Below, one piece after another: positions 33,369 to 45,382 of a DNA stretch of 64,000 nt (its first letter is position 1; each line of letters starts with the position of its first letter). Location: positions 744,001-808,000 of the forward strand of contig BCKZ01000004.1 in NCBI GenBank assembly GCA_001600815.1. Reading direction: 5' to 3'. Source of the DNA: Alloascoidea hylecoeti (taxonomy: Eukaryota). A model generated the notes under the pieces. It was not told the origin of the DNA, did no database searches, and saw only the letters and a list, made by a program, of their open reading frames with translations. The position numbers and the translations under genes are program-made.

Positions 33369-36155
33369 ATGGCCTCCAATTCAAGAAGACACAAGATTCC
33401 TCTAGTTGAGTTCTTAAGGAGTACGTATACCATGGATATGTTTGTTATCAATATTCTTGTAATGTTATGTTATAACTATAAATACAAAACTAACTGTTGT
33501 TTATTTATTCTTTAATTAGATCGAGTTTATTTAGGAGCTTATGATATTCATCCACCAAATACTCCAGATGCAGTTTTCTTCTCAGTTAACGATTCATTAC
33601 CATATAACCCGTTTCATCTAGACTTTGGTCCTCTACATATCGGCCATATTTATCGGTTCGCCCTAACCTTGCATAACATCTTAAACGATGAAGCAAATCA
33701 AGGGAAATCTGTAGTTTTATACTCCCGAACAAATTCTCGCGATAGAGCTAATACAGCCTGTTTACTATGCTGCTATATGGTACTTGTACAATCATGGGCC
33801 CCACATCAGGTATTGGCCCCAATTTGTCAAATTGACCCTCCGTTTATGCCGTTTAGAGATGCTGGGTATTCAACTGCAGATTTTATTATATCTATTCAAG
33901 ATATCGTTTATGGTGTTTGGAGAGCAAAGGAAAGAGGTATGATTGATCTAACTACGTTTAACCTAGATGAATATGAAATGTTTGAAAGAGTTGAACAGGG
34001 CGACTTAAATAGTATTTCTGAAGATTTCGTGGCTTTTGCTTCCCCACAGCAGGTTAAATATATTACAAACAGTTCAAGTAAATCAAATCACCAGGCTATA
34101 GTTGAAGATAATGATGGCTTATCCTACACTTTTAGAAATGTCATCAATTACTTCGTGGAAAATAATATTCAATTGGTTGTTAGATTAAATTCTCATTTAT
34201 ATGATGCATCTGAATTTGAAAAAAGAGGAATTAAACATATCGATATGATTTTTGAAGATGGTACTTGTCCAACAATGGATATTGTTCAAAATTTCATTGG
34301 TGTTGCAGAATGTGTTATTGCAAACGGTGGTAAAATTGCAGTTCATTGCAAAGCCGGACTTGGCAGAACCGGTTGCTTAATAGGTGCTCATTTAATTTAT
34401 ACCCACGGTTTTACTGCTTCTGAATGTATCGCCTATATGAGAATTATAAGACCTGGAATGGTCGTTGGTCCACAACAGCATTGGTTATATTTACATCAGA
34501 ATGAATTTAGAGATTGGAGAAGAACAATGAAACTAAGTAAAAAACCTGTTCCTGAATTAGCTGGATTTTCACCATTGGTTAAAATCACCAGTGGTTCTAA
34601 TAAGTTAATAGATGATGAAGATAGTTCTTCGAACTCAAATTCCGACTCTGAAGATATTGAAAATGATGATGAAGATAGTGATGAATGTGTTCCATACCAA
34701 GTTTCATTATCTAAAACTCCTGCAAAGAAATTCATTGATGAATTAGAAAGTGCAAGATCTGCCGTACCACTACAATCACCAGGTCAGCCACGTAAATCGC
34801 CTACTAGAGTGGCAAGAAAAGCATCAAGAGTTATTAGCGGTTCAAGCAATCGTAGTAGTGATATATATGGGTCAATTAAACAACGTCATTACTCAAATAA
34901 TTCTTCTAATCTTGCTGTTAATAATACCAACTATAATAATACAAATTCTGATGAAGAAAATGAAGCGAACTATGGTGATATTCATATAATGTCAGGTAAA
35001 AAGAAAAGATCTGAAGAAAGTTTCACACGAAGGAAAATATCACCTTATTCTCAACAATTGGCTGAAGAGGCAAGAAGGGAAAAGGAAAAAGAAAAAGAAA
35101 AAGCTAGTGAAAAGGAGATCGAAAGAGAAAGAAATAAAGAAAATGTCGATGTCAAAATGGAATATAAAACTAAACCATTAAAAGATATTGAATATATTAA
35201 AAATGATGATATTATTTCAAATTCAAAAACTTCACAACCAGCAACTCCAATTTCAGAAAGAAAGATCTTAACAAGAAGATCAAGAGCATCAAAATATTCT
35301 AATACTCCTTCAACTAATACTCCAACAATAAATATCAGTAATACTGTTGATACTTCTATTGATATAACCCCATCACCAGTCCGTACTACGAAAACAAATA
35401 TAGATATTGAGGATGAAGACATGAATGGCTTAGTTGATGAAGATAAACCGACAATTGATCTTTTCAGTTCACCAAGACGTGGAATGAGATCTCAACCAAT
35501 ACCAAGAACTACAGCACAAGCACAAGCACAAACATCAGTATCAGTATCGGCATCAGCATCAGCATCAGCATCAGCATCAGCATCAGCATCAGCATCAGCA
35601 TCAGAAGATAGTGATGTTGGTGTTCGAAGAACATCGAGAACATTAACAAGGGCAAATAACACAGCAACGACGGCAACTAGATCGTCACCAATATTTGGCG
35701 AAAGATCAACATCTCCATTACGATCAGCCTCTCCAGTAAGGTCCTCATCACCAATACGTTCATCATCACCCATTCGTCAAGCGTATTATTCCAAACGTAT
35801 AACTGATGATGAGCAATCGATATCTCAACTGAAGACAAAAGTCAATAAACTATCAATACCTGCTTCAGATCCACAACCTACTATACCAAATAATACAACA
35901 ACATCTCCAGTGCCTAAACGCGTTACCAAATTTGCAGTACCTCCTTCTCCAAATGGTGGTGCAAATACGAATGGTGGTATAAATATACATACAGGGCCAT
36001 CACCATTCCATCATGGTCATGGTGATCAATTAGGTAAACTTAAAACATTTGAAGGTAAGAATAAAACAAGTTCAAGTCCAACAAGGATGAAAACAATGAC
36101 TAGAGCACATGTTCAAAGTATTAGAAGTAGAATTCAACAATTTGAAGGAAAATAA
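33369..36155 (+). CDS. CDC14: Cdc14 dual-specificity phosphatase, 2 exons (33369-33420, 33520-36155), about 895 aa
   Basis: Intron GTACGT..TAG restores VEFLRNRVYLGAY. Also FHLDFGPLHIGHIYRF, MPFRDAGY, FEDGTCP, catalytic HCKAGLGRTG and RPGMVVGPQQHWL. Confidence 0.95.
35535..35603 (+). repeat. Coding hexanucleotide repeat (TCAGYA)n encoding (SV)/(SA)n in the Cdc14 tail
   Basis: tcagtatcagtatcggcatcagcatcagca... translating to SVSVSASASASASASASASASAS. Confidence 0.85.
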
Positions 36156-36932
36156 CCAACTAAAAATCAAAATAAAGATAAAAAAGAGTAACAAAGGAAG
36201 AATAATGGAGTCTTTTCATCGATTGAATTAAGGAAAAGAAAGAAACAAAAGATGCATTTACATACCATTTATTATTATTATTTTATTTTTTATTTGTTTG
36301 TTGTTTCCATGTTCATTTTCATTTTCATTTCCCTTTATACTTTATTACTGTTGTAATTACAATTATTATCTTTTTGAACTAAACAATCCTTTAATTTCTT
36401 TTATTTATCCTCCTATATCCTTTAAATTTCTTTTTAAAACTAACTTTTGAATATTTGAAATATAATATGATATCTTTGATTTTGGAAATCAGACTTTTAT
36501 AAATTGATTAATTGTTATTTTACAATATACTCACTAGTATTACTACCTACTGCCATTATTACTATAATTGTTTTTGTTTTTTTGTTGAGTCTTAAGCATA
36601 AGTCTTATTTTATAAGCCTTAAATTTAAATTTGAAATATAATTGTGTAAACTTTTGTTTACTATAATAAGTTTAAATTAGATTTAGGGATATTTATATAG
36701 CTATAATTAAAAGTTATATCATTTTTTGATAAACTTCTTTTGTTTTAAGTCGATATATTATATGGGATGTAAATTTAAAAGTATTCTTGTTTAAATTTAG
36801 ATATGAGTCTCACCAAGTAATCGGAATTCGAAGTTCATTATAAAGTTAATAAATTATTATATGTACGTAAATCATTTCATTCTTCTAGAATTTTTCTCTT
36901 CTAAACCAACAATATAAACATCATTTGCAATT

Positions 36933-37773
36933 ATGGTAAGATTTAATCTAAAAGCTTGAAATTGTTGGAAGTTCTATATAGATAGCTAAAACTATGACCT
37001 CATTTCTATCTAGTCAGGTCGTAAATCTTTATCACTTGCTCAAAAACGCCACCTTCTACTTAATTATTTCCATACAACCAAATCATTCTATACCATTAAA
37101 GAAATTGAATCATCGGTTGCAAAAGCAACAGGGATATCGTCAATGCAAATAAAAGATATATTGCAAACTCTTTTAGATGATGATTTGATTACTGTTGAAA
37201 AATTAGGATCAATGAATGTTTATTGGAGTTTCCCATCAACAACTATACGTAAATCTGAAGCAATGATTGAAAGACTTGCTGAAAAAGTTAATGGATTGAA
37301 TAAATCAATGGATGAATTGAAGATCGAGATTAAGAAAGCTGAAGATGAAAGAACTGATACCGTAAATATATTTAACTTTTCTTTATTTTGTTCTTATACC
37401 CAATTTTCAATTTACTAAGTTACCAAATAATTTTAAAAAGGATGAAAGACAAACTTTATTGATTCAGAAAGAAGAATTAAATGATGAAGTTGCAAAAGTG
37501 AAACAAGAACTTCAAAAATATGATGAATGCAATCCTGAGAGAGTCAATACAATAAAAGAATTGAATACTGAATTATATGATGCTGCTTCTACTTATACAG
37601 GTATTTATAAAAGTTAAACAATAAAATTAAAAGTATAATTACTAACATTTAAATATTAAGACAATATCTATAGTCTTTTGATGCATCTTAAAGGGCAAGG
37701 GATTGATGTTAATATGATTAGAAAAGAGTTTAATATCCCAGAAGATTATGACGATATACCAGAGCCATATTAA
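36933..37773 (+). CDS. MND1: Meiotic nuclear division protein Mnd1, 4 exons (36933-36935, 37014-37361, 37441-37600, 37661-37773)
   Basis: ATG|GTAAGA micro-exon. Spliced product MSGRKSLSLAQKR...FYTIKEIE...GISSMQIKDILQTLLDDDLITVEKLGSMNVYWSFPS...YTDNIYSL...IRKEFNIPED matches the Mnd1 winged-helix and coiled-coil signature. Confidence 0.9.
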
Positions 37774-38041
37774 CCACATCAATATCATTATTATTCGCTA
37801 GTTAACTATTACGTGCTTTCTAAATCCAAATAATTAAAATTGGTATGCAATATATTGCTAGCTTTCCTGATTTAGTTATTTATGTTTATGACTACAATTG
37901 ATTCTGAATTTTGATTTCTTCATTTATATATAATTTAATCTGTAGATAAGATACACAAGTACAAGCTTTATATTCAAAAAATGCTATAGTTATAATAATC
38001 CAGCTTAGCTGGGGCTTTTCTTTATAAATATAAGAATATAA

Positions 38042-39454
38042 TTAAGTAAAAAGAGCCAAGTTTAATGGAATACTTGAACCTCTGCCACTTGGATATAATT
38101 TTTCCTTTCCTTCAAATTTCCTTGGCTTTGGAAGTGATGATTTATTTGAAAATTTAAATCTTTTATCATCAATAATAAGCCGTTCGTCCCCATTAGCATT
38201 ATTACCTGAATTTGAATTTGAATTTGTTGATATTGTATATGATGATGGATCTACTTTACGGATAGACTCGGTTGATTGGACAGAAGATTCTGCACTTCCA
38301 AAAAGACGGCTGAATTTATGGGAACCATTGAATGAGGGTTGAGGAGCAGAAGCAGTGGGTGGAGGTGGTGGCACAGATGATGGCGAAGAAGGTGCATTGT
38401 GACTGAAACTACTAACAGGTCGAGACGAACCACCAGATGGTGGAGGGGGTGGTGGTGGCAGAGTCTGGTGCGTATTCGGTGAAGCTATAGGATTGGGGAA
38501 ATGAGGTAAAGATGGTGGTGCGGGTGGTGTTGCAGGAGATGGTAAACTTGGTGGTGGTGGGGGAGCTGAGGGAAGAGATGGCGAGGCACTACTGGGACGC
38601 CGAGCCGGAACAGACGCATGAGAGTGAGATGATGGCGGAGGTGGCGGTGGTGGAGCGATTGGAGTAAGCGAAGCACTGGAATTTGCCCTTCTCGCCCGAG
38701 TTCCGACAGATAAAAGATGCGCTTTTCGAGGGGGTGGTGCCGGAGACTTCCTACCAACTAGAGACAAAGGTTTAGAAGGAGGGGGGACGGGAGGAGTCTT
38801 TTTCTTGTGTGGCGCTGCTGGTGCAACCCGTATTGAAGGTGCAGGAGGTGGTGGTGCAGATGGGACCGAGGGGACGGGAGGAGCCGGTGCGGTCGGTATA
38901 GAAGGTGGCTTGAATGTAGGGAATGTAGGGACTGAGGGGGACGGGACCGAGACATTGACAGACGTGGATCGGGACGTGGGCTTGGGCAACCCAAATTTAG
39001 GTATTTCTGGAGCAGAAGCAACTGGAGAACTTACATTTCTGTTCTTGTTGACATGTCGTAGTTTAGGCATCCCACCAGCAAAAAGACCTCCCATCTGAGG
39101 TGCACCTGGCATTCCCATCGGGGCAGCAGAGGCCATCATCACTGCAGGGGCGGAGGGGGCAGAAGGGGCAGCAGATGGTCGTGTCTTCGACAGCATAGGA
39201 ATCGAAGGGGCACCCGTGGGCATACCCATACCCATACCCATACCCATGCCGCCACCACCACCACTGCTATTTGTCTTTCCAACAATTGGTTTGCTTCGAT
39301 CATTCGTTTGGGCTTTTTTCAACGCTCTACCCTTTCGGATTTCTCCTAGTAAAGCATCAGTATTTGGTACCGCACCTGGCGGAGGTCTGGCGGGTGCATT
39401 GCTACCACCCATGGCTGGGGGTGGCGGAGGAGGAGGTGGCGGTGGTGCTCCCAT
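38042..39454 (-). CDS. VRP1: Verprolin/WIP (WH2 domain, proline-rich)
   Basis: MGAPPPPPPPPP, WH2 DALLGEIRKGRALKKAQTNDRSKP, GLFAGGMPKLRHV, and C-terminal RFKF..LPKPRKF.G..KLYPSGRGSSIPL. Likely start is the ATG at 39454. Confidence 0.92.
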   Translation of the reverse strand: MGAPPPPPPPPPPAMGGSNAPARPPPGAVPNTDALLGEIRKGRALKKAQTNDRSKPIVGKTNSSGGGGGMGMGMGMGMPTGAPSIPMLSKTRPSAAPSAPSAPAVMMASAAPMGMPGAPQMGGLFAGGMPKLRHVNKNRNVSSPVASAPEIPKFGLPKPTSRSTSVNVSVPSPSVPTFPTFKPPSIPTAPAPPVPSVPSAPPPPAPSIRVAPAAPHKKKTPPVPPPSKPLSLVGRKSPAPPPRKAHLLSVGTRARRANSSASLTPIAPPPPPPPSSHSHASVPARRPSSASPSLPSAPPPPPSLPSPATPPAPPSLPHFPNPIASPNTHQTLPPPPPPPSGGSSRPVSSFSHNAPSSPSSVPPPPPTASAPQPSFNGSHKFSRLFGSAESSVQSTESIRKVDPSSYTISTNSNSNSGNNANGDERLIIDDKRFKFSNKSSLPKPRKFEGKEKLYPSGRGSSIPLNLALFT

Positions 39455-39609
39455 AGTTAGTGTGGCAAATATGGACTGAGTGAATAAATATCGATTGACT
39501 TGCTGAAAGTACTTGGAAGATGGACAAACTGTCACCCGGGCTCTGAAGAGATATGTGGGTGTATGGATGTATATCCCATCTATATATTTATAAATAAGAA
39601 GTTTAGCTA

Positions 39610-41030
39610 AGATTTTAATTTATATTCAACAATATCTTCCAATTCCATTCTTATTTATTATCAAGCTTGATTTCTTCTTTTAATCTTTCTAAACACTGGG
39701 ACACTCAAACAAGTAAATAAAGTGTCTCCCTTGACCTTTTAGTCCCCTTCTATCTGCATCCTTCATAAATTTTCCTTCCACTCTGGTATCCAATTTATTT
39801 ATCATTGCTTCCATTAGGTTTCGATAAACTTTCAATGCTGCCTCTGGTAATTAATACTTTCATAACATCCCTTAATTAAACAATTAAACATAATAATATT
39901 TCTTGTCCTCTTGGAATTTTAGAATTATCTGGGGTTGATGTAGCATCTTCGTCAATTTCGTCTCTATCAATCTCAAATATTTTGTTAGAAACACCTTGAA
40001 CATCTAGATGCTGAATATTATTACTCCAGAAAGTCCCAGAAATTTTTAAAATTAATAATTACTCTTAGTTCTCTTATGAAAGGATATATATAGGTTAATT
40101 GCACATGACATCCAATCTGTATTTTCAAGTAATAAAGAAATTTCGTTTTCAAGAAAAGTTAATCGCTTATATATTGATTTAAATCATCGGATAATAAATA
40201 TATAAGCTTATATGGATTAGCTCATTAACATCAGTATATTTATATTTGGACAATTTCAATAATAATGAAATATATTTCTTAGAATCATAAATTATTTCTT
40301 CAATTCCTTTGTTACATGATTTGATATTTCCCTCGGATAATTCATTAAATTATTTATTATGGCTTTATTTGAAAAAGGTATCGAAATCCATGTCATTTAA
40401 AAAACTACTTTTCAGTAATAAGTATTCTTCCTTTCGCCAATATAATTTTTTCTCCAAGGTTTTCAAATATTTTAACGCATCAGTTGAATAATTTGATTCA
40501 AAATTTGAATTTGTTACGAAAATTATTATTGCATTTTTTAGCTAAATTAAATAGCCTAAATTTGGTAGTAATATTAGATTTGTTTTAGCTTTATATAGAT
40601 CTCCGCCTTTAAATAATATTCTTTAATTTTTTTTTAATTTATTTGAAATAATATTTAAAATTTGTATTTCTAATATTTTTAAAGATTCTTTTTCAAATAA
40701 TTTTAATGAGCTTTCAATTATTGCAAATTTCCAAAACTCAATTGTAAAACATACTTAAACTTAATTGTAATAATATATCATCAATCAATAAATCGATTTT
40801 TCTATTATATTTGTTTATTTTTTTTTTTCCTGATAACGATGGCTATCTGAATTGGTATATTTGTTATCATAGCTAACAGAGCTAGCCCTAATATTTAGAT
40901 TTATACGTGTACTTGTAATTGAGTCTCCTAGGTTTAATCTTGAAAATTCTCCAAGAAATTCAACATATATTTCACTCCTTTAAACGTTCAAGTCTTTCCC
41001 GTAATTCAATAAGATATCCATATTTTGTTT
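39610..41030 (-). pseudogene. Disrupted gene, probably a pentatricopeptide-repeat (PPR) protein
   Basis: Minus-strand coding-like segments broken by stops and frameshifts, e.g. EFWKFAIIESSLKLFEKESLKILEIQIL and NFESNYSTDALKYLKTLEKK. NIIMFNCLIKGCYES../LPEAALKVYRNLME (~39900-39810) resembles a PPR motif split by a frameshift. Ends approximate. Confidence 0.6.
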
Positions 41031-41515
41031 TTTGTTTTAATAATGATTGTGATAAGATTTCCGATTTGGTTAATTTCATTATTGTTTTGCTATAATTGAA
41101 ACTTTTTCTGTAAAGGATATTTTGTAAAAAGAAGAATAGATGAGATTATTCAATATATTTTATAATACTTCATAGCAATAGAAATTATATCAGATCAAAA
41201 TAGTAAATTATAATTAATATTAGCAGTTTATAGCCACATTTATGTCTACTACAAAGAAACTTAACAATTTTCTGTTGGTTTGGAAGCTATGCATACCTGT
41301 ACATTTTTCACGGGCGATAACTTTTAGACACCATAACCGAATAATTATTTTATCGGCCCGCCAAATATAAGAGCATCATATGACCGAAAATAACTGAAAA
41401 CAACGTAAATGCCTATGTGCTAATTTAAAATCGACAAATCTTTTTCAAAGCATAATTCAAATTACATATATCTAAAATTAAACAAACTGTTTTATATCTA
41501 TTTTAGTTAATAGAT

Positions 41516-44231
41516 TTATAATACTTCACCATCAAACCATTCAATTGAAGGAGGCATTACAGAACCATAAATCATATCTAGGTCCGGTGTATCAAAATTT
41601 TCAATACCATTCATATCTATATCACCATCATCATAAATATTAATATTGCCATAAATTTCATTAGTATTAATTGAGATGTTGTCATTATTAATATTATTAT
41701 AGTTTTGTAATTGATTAGGCAAATCTGAATCACCTGAATATGAAAGTTGAAAATGTCTAGCTATAGGGCTAGTAAGATAATGATCAGTATTGCTTACTAA
41801 ATTAAACTCATGAATTATATTACAAATATTAGTTGAATTTTGCGATCGACCATTTTCATGTTCATTGTCATTTTCGATTTCCATTTCATTTTCATTTTTA
41901 TATTCATTTTCATATTCAATTTTATTATCTTTCTTTAAATCTGGATTTATCAAATTGTCATTAATAGTATTACTTGACAACGATAGATCTAATTCAGCTC
42001 CTGTTAAATTGATTCCTCTGTTAGCGCTAATCTTATAAAATGAATTAAATTCACATATTAAATTGGAATCATTACTGGTAGTAATTTTATCTTGAAATGT
42101 TTTTAATATAAGTGATGCCACAAATGATATTTTTTGCGCATAAAAATAAACAATTGAATATTTACTTGTAACCTTTTCAAGTTCTAATATTATGGACATT
42201 AACGATCGCTTTGAAGCTTCTCGAAATTCTTGTGAGCTTAAAATTTCATGATCTGTTTCCGTTGTTAACGATACACCATCTTTATAAATAAAATTAAGAT
42301 CTAGTACAGAATATGAATATTCAGGTATCTGGCTGCGTAATAAAATTGATACAATAAACATACTTGCTTTTAGCACCGATTTTAATAAAATTGGTGATAT
42401 TATTGATAAAATTCCATAATCGTAATAATTATTACAATTATTTAAATGTTGGAGTGAATAATAGAAAAGAACCATTGCGGTTAAGCTCGCATATCGGAAA
42501 TATTTATTATTTAATTCTTGTTCTTCTGGTCCAGTATTGAGATATAGAATATAATAAGATGTATGAATATATGCTAATATTTCAATCCTTAGATTGATCA
42601 ATCGTAATCTTTTATTTCTATCCAGTAAATCTTCATTTGGTATATGAAGAAGTAAATCTGTAAATGATGGTTTAGTTTCTAGAACAAAAATTAACATATT
42701 TTCAGTTATTGATTCAAGATTTGATCTTCTTGCTTTTATTTTTAAATTCAATGAAAGTTGAAGTGATTCTCTTACATATTGACATATTTTATGGATCAAT
42801 TGGTAATATTCAACCTCTGCTTGATATATTGGATCATTTTCAACTGATTCAAATAATTTCAAAGGACTTGTATCACTATAATTGGTATTCAAAATTAGTG
42901 GTCTGCCTGTATCGGAAGATTGGAAAGTATCAGTTCTAAGTACTATTGTCCATATTTGTCTCCGATGATATTTTATCATTTCATTATAATCACTATTAAT
43001 TATATCAGGATCTCTGTTTAAGCGTAGTGAAAGAGCAATCTCACATATTCGTCCTAATATTATTGCATTGTTTTCCGCACACATTTTTTCATCATATTCA
43101 GGTGCAATCGAATAATAAGATTTCAGAATTATTAAATACCCTATCATTACTAATGAATTTTTTGATAAGAATGCAAATGATGCTGCCCTCTGTGAAAGAC
43201 AAGCATATTCCTTCGATATTTCAATATTATTATCGAAAATTGGTTTCAAATGCTTATATTTAGGAAGCGATAAGACATAATCCGGATCACCATTCATATA
43301 AGGTAAAGATATATAACCAATTCTTAAAAATATTAAAAAATTAGCAAGTAAAGTGAATTCATTTGAATTATCAATATTTTCACCTAAATTAATTTTAAAT
43401 TTATAATGATGTGAAAATTTCATTGCTTTTAAGTCTAAAATCGAGTTGAATGTCTCAAAGAAATATTTACCTTGATATGATGGCGATAAAGTTCTGAAAA
43501 CATGTACAGCATTCTTCAAAATTAAACCACAGATATATATATCAGGTAATAACTTTTCAACTTCAGTAATTAATAGTCTCTTCCTAGCATAATTATTGAG
43601 ATTAGAGTTGCTATTATTACTTGCAGTACCATAACCAAGGAGCAAATTTTCCATGCCACGATCATTCAAACTTGTTATATTATTCATTAGCTCGGTCTCA
43701 AGTAAGATTGCTGATTTGGAAGCAATATCTATTATATTTTTAAAAATGGGATCCAATGAGGTTACAACAGTTCTACTAGTTGATCCAAAATGAGTTGTAT
43801 GATCTTGTCCAATATCTAACATTTGGAATTTAGTTGGTAAATCTAAAATAGGATCATTCTCGTTGTTCTCCTTTTCTCCCTCATGGTTGTCCCTGTTTTC
43901 ATTGTCAATGTCCATGTCTTTTTTCTCTGTTTGTTTCTCTCTCTGATCCAATTGTGACTCCAATTTTTTGATTTTATCTTTTAGAATAGAATTAGTCCTC
44001 CTATATTTTTCTTCTGCATCAACTTCATCCCTAGTTTTATATCTACAATGGTTAGAAAACCCGATAGTTTTGCAATTCCCACATGTTGGTTTTTCTTCAT
44101 CACACTGAATTGATATAAGGTTAATTAAAAAACAATCAATAAAATTAAGTTGGAAATCTTACTTTCACGTGACGGCTTCTACAAGCACAGCAAGCAGTTG
44201 CTTTTCGATGACTTCCTTTGGAATAAATCAT
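41516..44231 (-). CDS. Zn(II)2Cys6 transcription factor with a fungal middle-homology region, 2 exons (44231-44163, 44104-41516)
   Basis: Intron GTAAGA (44162)..CAG (44105) joins CCACRSRHVK|CDEEKPTCGNCKTIGFSNHC in frame with ORF 41516..43963. MHR-like ALSLRLNRDP..HRRQIW..D..QS..GRP. Confidence 0.9.
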
Positions 44232-44303
44232 AATATTTTTTACTTTTAAAGAATAATGATTACTATGGAGGATTTTATAGCATATAAATATTTTAAGATA
44301 AAA

Positions 44304-44365
44304 GTGCGGAGATAACGGAAAACGGCTTTTGTGTCGGGGTGGCAGTTCATCCGGTACCATCCGTG
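44304..44365. promoter_or_regulatory. Cluster of CGG/CCG triplets upstream of the Zn2Cys6 gene (candidate zinc-cluster binding sites)
   Basis: CGG at 44307, 44316, 44323 and 44335, CCGG at 44351 and CCG at 44361, all within 60 bp of AT-rich DNA and 75-130 bp upstream of the ATG at 44231. Confidence 0.4.
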
Positions 44366-44378
44366 CATATATTAGGAA

Positions 44379-45110
44379 CTATTGTTCCACATTCTGGGCA
44401 AAAAAGAAATTGATAGCCAAAAGCTTCAAACCATAGCCTTTGGCCCAATCCCGGGCTCCTGATGCAGGAATGCCAGTGCCCCAATTTGGTCTATCCTTTG
44501 GTGCCTTCACTTTGACTCCATCGGGCTGCTCATAAAGTAAAAAGACATATCTATGTTTACCAGTTTTTGGTGGCGGTCCAGGCCCCATATAAGGGAGTAA
44601 AGTGTCCCCATCATTTTCTACATTAATTCTAGTATCTTGAACATTCGATGCTGTTTTAATATCTGTTGACTTGATTGACAGATCTGAGATGACGTAATGG
44701 GCGTATTCACTCCATTTCTTTTCAGTTCTTGATGGTGCATCAGGATCAGTTAAAATTAATGTATATTTGGTGCTTGGAGGAGAAGGGTTTGTTGTAACAA
44801 AATGTATTTCTGGTACTTCTTGAGTTTTGGCAACAGGGAGGGTGTTACCAAGTGCAACCTCAAGATCTTTTCCGTATGAGATGGTCAAAAGCCTATACAA
44901 TCAATTAGTAAGCATTTCAACCTCAATTGATGTTATATTATAAAGAAAACCCTACCCTTCAGTTTCCGGAGCGGCATCAACCACTAGATCCAATGGGGTT
45001 AGTCAATGAGCATTGAGCATCAAATGTATGCATATATGGTACATACCATCAGGAATGATTTCGTGTTTGGTGAATCCATCACCGGCAGTAGCAGCAAAAG
45101 TTGTAAGCAT
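44379..45110 (-). CDS. TFS1: PEBP-family carboxypeptidase Y inhibitor Tfs1, 3 exons (45110-45047, 44983-44956, 44892-44379), 201 aa
   Basis: Introns GTATGT..GACTAAC..TAG and GTAGGT..TAG give FTKHEIIPDVVD..GLLTISY; PEBP motifs TDPDAPSR and YMGPGPPPKTGKHRYVFLLY. Confidence 0.9.
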
Positions 45111-45382
45111 CTTAACAATTGATGGAAGTAAATAAGTGGCAAATCCAAAGAAGAAAAGGGAAAAGAGAATCAAACGATTGCTAATTCCAAGTTGGAATCT
45201 CGTGACTTCCTCCAAACCATATATAAACGGGTAAGCCACCCAAATCAAGTTTTAGCCGATGGCCCAATCCTTAATTTAAACGTATATCTCCTAGACACAT
45301 AATTATATGACTCAATTACACTATTTAAGCTTCTCCAAACTCCTGAAGTTTTAGATTCCGTTATTTCAATCGATTTCGTAAA

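Noticed and set aside
35492..35773. Minus-strand ORF with a (DA)n repeat
   Set aside because: Antisense shadow of the Cdc14 (SA)n repeat.
38251..39479. Several overlapping Gly/His-rich ORFs and a GC-rich island suggesting foreign DNA
   Set aside because: Explained by the proline-codon richness of VRP1.
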